Position numbers and translations under genes: made by a program. Shown here piece after piece: positions 8,782 to 15,274 of a stretch of DNA of 47,141 nt. The stretch is from Candidatus Omnitrophota bacterium (GTDB lineage: Bacteria; Omnitrophota; Gorgyraeia; 2-01-FULL-45-10). How positions within the stretch are numbered: position 1 is the first letter of the stretch; every line of letters starts with the position of its first letter. The DNA is taken from assembly GCA_028748925.1 (NCBI GenBank), contig JAQTPE010000003.1, forward strand, positions 1 to 47,141. Direction: 5' to 3'. The notes under the pieces are model-generated. The model worked only from the letters and a program-made list of their open reading frames with translations, made no database searches and was not told the origin of the DNA.

Positions 8782-9360
8782 ATGGCAGATGAAAAGAAAA
8801 GAACAAAAAACGGAAAAGAGATATTGGGGCATGACGAAGCTGCGGAGTTGTTCAAAGAATCCAATGCGCTGTACAGGGCCATACTCGATAACTTACAAGA
8901 CGCTGTTTATATACTTGATGCCAATGGCCGGTTTTTGCTGTGGAATAGTGTTTTTAACAAGGTAACTGGTTGCAGCGATGAGGAGATAAGCTCAAAGGTC
9001 CCCACAGATTTTATAGTCCCGGGAGACAGGAGTATACTGGCAGCGGCCATCACGGAGGTGTGGGAAACAGGGTTCGCTAAGGCGGAAGTGGGGGTCATTG
9101 CTAAAGATGGCTCATGCGCCATTTATGAATTTGCCAGTTCTTTACTCAAGGATTCCTCCGGGAGGATAGTGGGCCTGTGCGGCAGCGGCAGGGATACCAC
9201 CTTGCGCAAGAAGACGTTGGATGAATTACAGGACAAGATAGGACAGTTGAAAATATTTGCCAAGGCCGCGACCGGTAGAGAAATGCGAATGATAGAACTG
9301 AAGGAAAAAGTTAGAGAATTGGAAGAAAGACTAAAGGTTAAGGGTTCGTTCCAGAAGTGA
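8782..9360 (+). CDS. PAS domain protein with C-terminal coiled coil, no output domain
   Basis: 192 aa; YRAILDNLQDAVYILDANGRFLLWN PAS N-cap and core; heptad-like C-terminus. Confidence 0.7.
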   Translation: MADEKKRTKNGKEILGHDEAAELFKESNALYRAILDNLQDAVYILDANGRFLLWNSVFNKVTGCSDEEISSKVPTDFIVPGDRSILAAAITEVWETGFAKAEVGVIAKDGSCAIYEFASSLLKDSSGRIVGLCGSGRDTTLRKKTLDELQDKIGQLKIFAKAATGREMRMIELKEKVRELEERLKVKGSFQK

Positions 9361-9444
9361 ACAGACATGCGCCGGCGCCCCGCCTGAGGCGTGTTATAGG
9401 AACAGCGGCGGGACTGGCCATGAATAGTGTAATGCCGGGTTTAG

Positions 9445-9588
9445 GCTGGCGTAGCTCCCTACTTCGCAATCAACGTGTGGACCACAAAATGCTTCGTAGG
9501 GCAAGCAGTTGGCCGGTGTGTTTTGAGGTTTCAGAAGTTAGTAGACATAGGCTGGCGTAGCTCAGTTGGTAGAGCAGCGGTTTCGTAA
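9445..9588 (+). repeat. left 144-nt direct repeat (leader + tRNA-Thr positions 1-38)
   Basis: 139/144 identical to 14915-15058, no indels; the 5 differences are all transitions at 9483, 9488, 9509, 9517 and 9548. Confidence 0.9.
9551..9588 (+). pseudogene. truncated tRNA-Thr(CGU), 5' half only
   Basis: Identical to nt 1-38 of the complete tRNA at 15021-15096 (through anticodon loop TTCGTAA), then diverges. Confidence 0.85.
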
Positions 9589-9732
9589 TCGTACCCGACG
9601 AGAAATCGTAACCCACTGAATTCGCTGTAATTACAAGATTTGACAGATAGTTAGGTTAAAGTCACTATTTAGGTAACTTGAGGCATTTTGAGCGATTTAA
9701 ATAGCGTTATAGACACAAATTAGACACATACC

Positions 9733-9768
9733 GGGAGGGTCTTAAATAGCAAGGCTCTCCCATTTTTT
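9733..9768 (+). terminator. intrinsic terminator candidate downstream of the tRNA fragment
   Basis: GGGAGGGTCTT / AAGGCTCTCCC 11-bp stem (two G-U), 7-nt loop, then T6. Confidence 0.45.
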
Positions 9769-9814
9769 ATTTGTGTATCTACTGTACCCCTCTCTACGCA
9801 TAGACTAATTCTCC

Positions 9815-9843
9815 TTGTTGTTAGTTTCCAACCTTGCTATAAT
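9815..9843 (+). promoter_or_regulatory. promoter candidate upstream of the OLD-like gene
   Basis: TTGTTG, 17-nt spacer, TATAAT (9838-9843). Confidence 0.3.
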
Positions 9844-9899
9844 AGTCTCTCGATGGTGAGAATATGAGAATACACAAATATAGAGTTCTATTGATCGAG

Positions 9900-9926
9900 G
9901 CGTTAGATTAATTCTAACGCTTTTTT
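9900..9926 (+). terminator. intrinsic terminator/attenuator hairpin 15 nt before the OLD-like start
   Basis: GCGTTAGA-TTAAT-TCTAACGC perfect 8-bp stem followed by T6. Confidence 0.55.
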
Positions 9927-9941
9927 ATTGGAAAAATATCT

Positions 9942-11456
9942 ATGATAAATGCGTTAAAATTGAAAAATTACAGAGGAATAAAAGAAATTAAGCTCGAGGA
10001 GCTAGGCCACATTAACGTTATATGTGGGAAAAATAGTAGCGGAAAAACATCCCTTGTAGAAGCTATTTGTAATCCTAGCAATTGCATTTTTGGCATGAAA
10101 GTATCAGAACAAGAACACATTAATGAAATAGAAACAACATTTGAAATAATGGCCAAGAGATATACTACGCCAAACCCTGGCAGGACTATTCCATGGTTTA
10201 AAAATAAAATCAAAGAACTAATCAACCAAACTGTATTTATAGACGGATTAGATTCAATTCAACAGCGATGGGGCAATGAGTTTCATAAATGGATTAATCA
10301 TGGAGCAGATACTTTTAAGTTTAGTGAAATTATAAAGATTGCCATAAACAAGCATTCAGGAAATTTTAAACCAATTCTAATTCCCCCAAAACGAGTTTTT
10401 GACACACGTAGTACTATCTCCAATCTCGATCCTTCTATTTCCTCAGAAAATACCCGAATTTTAAACAGATTATTTGAGCTAGGTACTCAAGATGACAAAA
10501 GCCCAGAGTATAAACTTATTGAAACCATAAGAGTTGCATTTCGAGAAATCTCGAGTGGTTGCGAGTTTCATACTTCATTAAAAGGAAAGCACGTTGTTAT
10601 AAAATTTAAGAATGGTCAAGGCGATTGGATTGATGCTGATGCGAGTGGCCTTGGTTTAAGGGAAGTGCTAGTAATTCTTAGCTATCTATTAGATTCCGAC
10701 TATTCTATGATCTTAATTGAAGAGCCAGAAAATCATCTACATCCCGATATGCAACGAAGGCTGCTACAATTCTTTACTAAAGTCAAAGATAAACAATTAT
10801 TTTTAACAACCCACTCGAACATTTTTTTGGATTCTGCCTATATTGACAAAGCATTTTATTTGGAATTTAAAAATGGCGAAGTTACATGTTCTGATGAAAC
10901 ATCAAGAACTAATATACTGACGAATCTCGGGTATTCTACCGTAGATAATCTGGTTTCAGATTTAATTGTCTTCACGGAAGGTGTCCTAGACATACCTGTA
11001 ATCAGAGAGATCTGTAGTAAACTTGGTTTTTTGCATCAATTTAGTATTAAATTATACCCCTTAGGTGGTGATATAATGCACCATCTGGATTTATCAGTGT
11101 TCACAGAAAAAAGCAAGGTAATGGCAATCGTTGATTCAGATCCAGGTAGCCAAGTTATTCGGAATGAATTTGTTGATAAGTGTCATGCGAATAATATCCC
11201 GGTAACAAAGCTTGAAAAATACTCAACAGAGAATTATTTTTCTATCAGAGCGATAAAAGCGATTTATCCTCATCAGCAAATTCCAGCAACCATAACTATA
11301 TTGAATCCGAAGGTAAAAGTTAAAACGCAGCTAGGATTTAGCGTTAAGTCGAAAAGTAGAGAAATAGCCAAAGAGATGTCCTTGGAAGAATTTAAGGATA
11401 CAGATTTGCTCGAGTTCTGTAAAAGTATTCATAAAATATGTCTCGATGAAATTTAA
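9942..11456 (+). CDS. OLD-family / PARIS-merge-like nuclease: ABC-type ATPase fused to TOPRIM (DUF4435-like) domain
   Basis: 504 aa; Walker A GKNSSGKTS, signature-like SGLGLRE, Walker B MILIEEPENHLHP, H-loop TTHSN; C-terminal FTEGVLD ... AIVDSDPG ... STENYF resembles TOPRIM Glu, DxD and the ENY motif. Confidence 0.8.
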   Translation: MINALKLKNYRGIKEIKLEELGHINVICGKNSSGKTSLVEAICNPSNCIFGMKVSEQEHINEIETTFEIMAKRYTTPNPGRTIPWFKNKIKELINQTVFIDGLDSIQQRWGNEFHKWINHGADTFKFSEIIKIAINKHSGNFKPILIPPKRVFDTRSTISNLDPSISSENTRILNRLFELGTQDDKSPEYKLIETIRVAFREISSGCEFHTSLKGKHVVIKFKNGQGDWIDADASGLGLREVLVILSYLLDSDYSMILIEEPENHLHPDMQRRLLQFFTKVKDKQLFLTTHSNIFLDSAYIDKAFYLEFKNGEVTCSDETSRTNILTNLGYSTVDNLVSDLIVFTEGVLDIPVIREICSKLGFLHQFSIKLYPLGGDIMHHLDLSVFTEKSKVMAIVDSDPGSQVIRNEFVDKCHANNIPVTKLEKYSTENYFSIRAIKAIYPHQQIPATITILNPKVKVKTQLGFSVKSKSREIAKEMSLEEFKDTDLLEFCKSIHKICLDEI

Positions 11457-11707
11457 ATTTAGGTGCTAAAAACTATACATAGTATGTATTAACAGACGTT
11501 CTATTTAGGTACAGCCTACTGGGGTGTCACAAAGTAGGGCGTCTGCAAAAACTACATAAAACTACATAGAAGTATGGATATGCCGGAACATGTGTGGGTT
11601 ATAGAAATCAGTTGGCCCGACTTATTCTGTCATGGACGAAAAAAATGTGGTGAAATAATTATTGATTCTACAGCTGATGCAGACTTTATTAGTTATGATA
11701 GTTGAAA

Positions 11708-11759
11708 AGGGACGGTTCTATTTTTTACCCATTTAAACAGGACCATACCTATTTATTCC
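11708..11759 (+). repeat. copy A of a ~55-nt hairpin-containing repeat (degenerate)
   Basis: Shares AGGGACGGTTCTATTT and AAACAGRACCATMCCTATTTATT..CC with 12649-12706. Confidence 0.5.
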
Positions 11760-11766
11760 GAATCTA

Positions 11767-11970
11767 TTATCCAACACTACTTTCCTTGACGTAAATTGCA
11801 AAAGTATTACCCTTTAGCTTTATTCCATATATTTGTGACTTTGGGATCCAAGATTTATTGCCGTTGTCTATCAGTATAGCTTTATCGGTCTCGTGTATGA
11901 TCCGTATCTGTACCCAGATACGCTTTTCTTGAGGATAGATAATATTGCGAATACTAAATGGCATATTCAC
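11767..11970 (-). CDS. hypothetical 67-aa protein translationally coupled to the receiver gene
   Basis: GTG 11970 overlaps the upstream TGA (GTGA); in-frame ATG at 11964; beta-rich sequence with KAILIDNGNKSWIPKSQI; no family recognised. Confidence 0.5.
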   Translation of the reverse strand: MNMPFSIRNIIYPQEKRIWVQIRIIHETDKAILIDNGNKSWIPKSQIYGIKLKGNTFAIYVKESSVG

Positions 11971-12317
11971 AGCTTTGCTATCGTCTCATTCAACTTGCTC
12001 ATGGAAAACGGCTTTGCCATATAATAATCAGCCCCTAAGCGCATAGCCTCTTTTTTATCTTCCTCCAGTGCTGAGCCCGTAATAATTATAATTATGCATG
12101 AAGGCCTTACGCTTTTAACCTTTTTTAATACCTCCAGCCCAAACATATCTTTTAAGCATAGGTCGAGTATGACTATGCTGGGCTTCTCAAGAGTAAAAGC
12201 ATCCAAACCGCCTTGACCTGTTAGGGCATAGATAACCTCATAGCCCATATTACCGAAGAAATCCTTTATCATTTCGCATATATCTATCTCATCATCTATT
12301 ACTAATATTTTAGCCAT
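11967..12317 (-). CDS. stand-alone response-regulator receiver (CheY-like) protein
   Basis: 116 aa; DD pair (VIDDE), phospho-acceptor Asp in VILDLCL, T in IIITGS, K in MAKPF. Confidence 0.85.
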   Translation of the reverse strand: MAKILVIDDEIDICEMIKDFFGNMGYEVIYALTGQGGLDAFTLEKPSIVILDLCLKDMFGLEVLKKVKSVRPSCIIIIITGSALEEDKKEAMRLGADYYMAKPFSMSKLNETIAKL

Positions 12318-12322
12318 AATAA

Positions 12323-12420
12323 ATATCCTCTTTTGGGATATTTTATTATACGTAATATAAGGAAAAAGTCAATATAAATATATCCTAATTTGGGATATTA
12401 TTTATCCTATGATAGGATAT
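12323..12420. promoter_or_regulatory. divergent control region with three 19-bp palindromic operators WTATCC-N7-GGATAT
   Basis: Sites 12323-12341, 12380-12398 and 12402-12420. Minus-strand promoter TTGACT (12372-12367), 16-nt spacer, TATAAT (12350-12345) reads into site 1. Sites 2/3 overlap the plus-strand candidate TTGGGA-17-TAGGAT. Confidence 0.6.
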
Positions 12421-12424
12421 TATC

Positions 12425-12640
12425 GTGAAAACGATATACTCGAAAGAATATAAGGACGTGTTGTTTAAGCTCAAAAAGGCCAGAAAAAAGGCGGGACTTA
12501 CCCAGGTGGACATAGCTAAACTATTAGATAAGCCCCAGTCTTTTGTATCTAAGATAGAGAATGGGGAAAGAAGGCTTGACGTAATAGAGCTGAAGCATAT
12601 AGCTAAATTATATAAGATTGATACGAAAGATCTGCTGTAG
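12425..12640 (+). CDS. XRE-family helix-turn-helix transcriptional regulator
   Basis: 71 aa, GTG start; GLTQVDIAKLLDKPQSFVSKIENGERR is a textbook Cro/C1 HTH. Confidence 0.85.
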   Translation: MKTIYSKEYKDVLFKLKKARKKAGLTQVDIAKLLDKPQSFVSKIENGERRLDVIELKHIAKLYKIDTKDLL

Positions 12641-12648
12641 TAGTCAAT

Positions 12649-12706
12649 AGGGACGGTTCTATTTAGATGGACAAGAAACAGAACCATCCCTATTTATTTT
12701 TATTCC
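12649..12706 (+). terminator. copy B of the repeat; terminator of the XRE gene
   Basis: GGGACGGTTCT (12650-12660) / AGAACCATCCC (12680-12690), 11-bp stem with one C-A mismatch, then a T-rich tail. Confidence 0.5.
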
Positions 12707-12760
12707 AATATGATAGGCTGGCACCGAAAGGACTGTCCCCGATAATTGCAAAACAAAAAC

Positions 12761-12793
12761 TTGACTTCTGGCAAGATGTTAAGTATACTTAAC
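12761..12793 (+). promoter_or_regulatory. promoter with a perfect 16-bp palindrome over the -10 box
   Basis: TTGACT (12761-12766), 17-nt spacer, TATACT (12784-12789); GTTAAGTATACTTAAC (12778-12793) is its own reverse complement. Confidence 0.55.
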
Positions 12794-12819
12794 GATTGTT
12801 AAGGAGACTTAAGATAGCC

Positions 12820-13455
12820 ATGACTGTAGAGAAGAGATTGGACGATATTCTAAATACCAAATCAAAGGTTAAAATAATACGCCTTTTTATCTCAAAAGGG
12901 AGTGAATTTATGGCATCCGGCAGTGATGTCGCAAAATCAGTTGGCCTTACTCCTCCAGCTATCCATGCCTCCTTAAAAGAGCTATACGACCAGAATGTAT
13001 TGCGTCGGGACATAGTAGGCAAGCAACATATCTATAGATTAAACACATCAGGTCGCATTGTTAGGGAAATCTTAAAACCGGCCTTTCAAAAAGAACATTC
13101 AATAAAGGAAGATATAAGTAATTTTTTAATTAAGAAGATAAACGATTGCGGGGTTGCCGGAAACATAAAGTCTTTAATACTTTATGGTAGTCTTGCGCGA
13201 GGTGAAACCCACAATACCAGCGATTGCGATATTGCTATTATTGTCAAGGATTCGCAGTCTAAGAAGAAGGTAGAAGATGTATTTGTAGAGAAGATTTCAT
13301 TCGAATTCTCCGAATATTTCGGGCTATCGCTTGACGCCTACATAAAGACATGCGATGAATTCATAAGTCGTATGAAAAGAAATCTTTCGCCCGTGCCCAG
13401 TCTTATGAAATCATACATAGTGATTTACGGTAAAGACCCGATAGACTATAGGTAA
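12820..13455 (+). CDS. winged-HTH + minimal nucleotidyltransferase (MNT) protein, antitoxin-like
   Basis: 211 aa from ATG 12820 (track opens at TTG 12796); N-terminal wHTH-like region; LYGSLARGETHNTSDCDIAII = GSxxRG..x..DxD nucleotidyltransferase motif. Confidence 0.8.
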   Translation: MTVEKRLDDILNTKSKVKIIRLFISKGSEFMASGSDVAKSVGLTPPAIHASLKELYDQNVLRRDIVGKQHIYRLNTSGRIVREILKPAFQKEHSIKEDISNFLIKKINDCGVAGNIKSLILYGSLARGETHNTSDCDIAIIVKDSQSKKKVEDVFVEKISFEFSEYFGLSLDAYIKTCDEFISRMKRNLSPVPSLMKSYIVIYGKDPIDYR

Positions 13456-13456
13456 T

Positions 13457-13861
13457 ATGGCTCCGAAAAATATAAAAATAAAGCACGAAGATAAATCCGG
13501 CGCTAAGGATTTCCTCAAGAAGGCCGAAGATAACTATATCCAGATGCTTGCGGCCTTGAATACGGGAAACTTCAACGCTGCAGGAACACTCGCTCTCCAA
13601 TGCTCAATCTCATCCGCGGATGCCATATGTGTGCATGAAAAAGGCGTTCGCTCTGTGTCTGATGACCATTTAGACGTATGTGACCTGGTAAGCCCTTTAC
13701 CGGTGCCGGATGCCAAGGAAAAAGCGAATATTCTTAGACGGGTTATCAGAAAGAAAAATCTTATTCAATATGAAAGACGTAATATATTTCAGTCAGAGGC
13801 CGAAGAAATAGTAAAAGCCGCCACCCGATTTTATCAATGGGTTGCAGCACAGGTTCAATAG
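13457..13861 (+). CDS. HEPN domain protein, toxin-like partner of the MNT
   Basis: 134 aa; starts 1 nt after the MNT stop; all-helical; candidate R-x5-H motif RSVSDDH. Confidence 0.7.
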   Translation: MAPKNIKIKHEDKSGAKDFLKKAEDNYIQMLAALNTGNFNAAGTLALQCSISSADAICVHEKGVRSVSDDHLDVCDLVSPLPVPDAKEKANILRRVIRKKNLIQYERRNIFQSEAEEIVKAATRFYQWVAAQVQ

Positions 13862-13960
13862 TCATGAGATTTCGGAAAACATAGGATAGTTTCATGGACG
13901 GTCCATAAAGTGCCACTCCACAAAGTGACACCCTCCCGTAGTTTGTGATGTAATTACCTC

Positions 13961-14194
13961 ATGTCAAAATCACCAGTACCAAAAATCCGTTTAGAAAAAA
14001 GAGCCGGGAAGTTCGTCACTGTCATAGCGGGCCTGCATACTTATGGATCCGGCCGGCTGAATGCAATGGCCAGGGAGTTAAAGTCTATCCTTGCGGCCGG
14101 GGGAACGGTCAAAAACGGAACGATCGAGATCCAGGGCGACAAAGTAGAGCTTATTAAAGCCTGGTTTATCAAAACTAACTCCACATTATCTTAA
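13961..14194 (+). CDS. SUI1/eIF1 (YciH)-family translation factor homologue, short form
   Basis: 77 aa; KFVTVIAGL ... GGTVKNGTIEIQGDKVELIKAW matches the SUI1 core; no obvious RBS. Confidence 0.75.
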   Translation: MSKSPVPKIRLEKRAGKFVTVIAGLHTYGSGRLNAMARELKSILAAGGTVKNGTIEIQGDKVELIKAWFIKTNSTLS

Positions 14195-14339
14195 AATAAC
14201 GCCATATCAATCCCCAAAATACTCACTCAAATAAATTAAGAAAAAAATAGTCAGTTATTCTTTGCAACAATTTCGCCGCTTTTTCCGTCTTATAGTATAG
14301 GGGAACATAACGCCTATATATAGGCAGGAAGGGATATCC

Positions 14340-14858
14340 ATGAAAGAACTGATTACGCAAGAGGTTATTGAAGCGGGAATTTTTATTGTTAGGGGGCATA
14401 AGGTAATGCTAAGCACTCACTTGGCAGATCTTTATGATGTAGAAGCAAAGGTGTTAATCCAGGCGGTTAAAAGGAATATGGATAGATTCCCGAAAGATTT
14501 CATATTTCAATTAACAGAAGATGAATACAAAATCTTGAAGTCACAATTTGTGACTTCAAGTTGGGGAGGTATTAGACGCGCTAATCCATATGCCTTCACT
14601 GAGCAAGGAGTTGCCATGCTCTCAAGCGTTCTTAATAGCAAAAGAGCCGTGCAGGTCAATATTGCAATAATGCGTGCTTTTGTAAGACTTAGAGATGTTC
14701 TTTCTAACCGTAAAGAACTTACCTACAAATTAAAAGAGCTTGAGAGTAAAATTGAAAAACATGATGCTGATATACAAACAATCTTTGAGGCCATACGCCA
14801 ACTCATGGCCCCTCCACCTGAAAAGCCCCGACGCATGATAGGTTTTAAACAGGAGTGA
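14340..14858 (+). CDS. ORF6N (KilA-N-like) domain DNA-binding protein
   Basis: 172 aa; [43 protein letters not shown] and [32 protein letters not shown] are typical ORF6N blocks. Confidence 0.8.
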   Translation: MKELITQEVIEAGIFIVRGHKVMLSTHLADLYDVEAKVLIQAVKRNMDRFPKDFIFQLTEDEYKILKSQFVTSSWGGIRRANPYAFTEQGVAMLSSVLNSKRAVQVNIAIMRAFVRLRDVLSNRKELTYKLKELESKIEKHDADIQTIFEAIRQLMAPPPEKPRRMIGFKQE

Positions 14859-14874
14859 TAGAGCTCGAAACGAA

Positions 14875-14903
14875 TTTACACTCATCATAAAATCTGCTAT
14901 AAT
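14875..14903 (+). promoter_or_regulatory. sigma70-like promoter driving the leader + tRNA-Thr
   Basis: TTTACA, 17-nt spacer, TATAAT (14898-14903); the -10 box ends 12 nt before the right repeat begins; 32/38 identical to 8217-8254. Confidence 0.5.
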
Positions 14904-14914
14904 TCCATTAACAA

Positions 14915-15058
14915 GCTGGCGTAGCTCCCTACTTCGCAATCAACGTGTGGACTACAAGATGCTTCGTAGGGCAAGCAGCTGGCCGGCGTGTTTTGAGGTT
15001 TCAGAAGTTAGTAGACACAGGCTGGCGTAGCTCAGTTGGTAGAGCAGCGGTTTCGTAA
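14915..15058 (+). repeat. right 144-nt direct repeat (leader + 5' part of the intact tRNA-Thr)
   Basis: See 9445-9588. Confidence 0.9.
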
Positions 15059-15096
15059 ACCGCAGGTCGATGGTTCAACTCCATTCGCCAGCTCCA
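15021..15096 (+). tRNA. tRNA-Thr (anticodon CGU), CCA encoded
   Basis: Acceptor GCTGGCG/CGCCAGC, D stem GCTC/GAGC, anticodon stem GCGGT/ACCGC with loop TTCGTAA, T arm GATGG-TTCAACT-CCATT. Confidence 0.9.
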
Positions 15097-15274
15097 TTAA
15101 AACGTTGAGAGCCAAGAGAAAGGAAGAAGCGTATGAAATCGATCAAGCCCGCGTATATGAGGTTGCTGCTCGTCATTATTCTGATATGGCTCAATATTAC
15201 GACGCTTTACATCACCGCCATATATTTGAGACTGGGGAAGATAGAGCATACTTTAGCTCATATAACGTTTAATA

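Larger units (their letters stand above)
9445..15058. mobile_element. putative integrase-less genomic island at tRNA-Thr(CGU), bounded by 144-nt direct repeats
   Basis: Direct repeats 9445-9588 / 14915-15058; interior visibly AT-richer (not computed) with defence/TA/phage-type cargo; no recombinase recognised. Confidence 0.55.

Noticed and set aside
8361-8882. 173-aa and 72-aa ORFs on the minus strand
   Set aside because: They are antisense to the CxxC-x17-CxxC gene and the start of the PAS gene. They are Arg/Leu-rich with no RBS.
9357-9560. 67-aa + strand ORF (and the analogous 15036-15272 ORF)
   Set aside because: They run through the 144-nt repeat and into tRNA-Thr sequence. The mismatches between the repeat copies show no codon-position pattern that I could see. 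The RNA/att interpretation explains the conservation.
11574-11705. 44-codon + strand ORF (MDMPEHVWVIEISWPDLFCHGRKKCGEIIIDSTADADFISYDS) ending just before repeat copy A
   Set aside because: It has no Shine-Dalgarno, is very short and matches no recognisable family. I kept it only as a remark. The nearby AAAACTA(TA)CATA direct repeats (about 11469 and 11549-11570) were also too short to interpret.
11521-13930. 9-nt inverted match GGGTGTCAC / GTGACACCC that could look like terminal inverted repeats around the REC-XRE-MNT-HEPN genes
   Set aside because: A 9-mer match is expected by chance in 47 kb on two strands. There is no extended similarity and no flanking target-site duplication.
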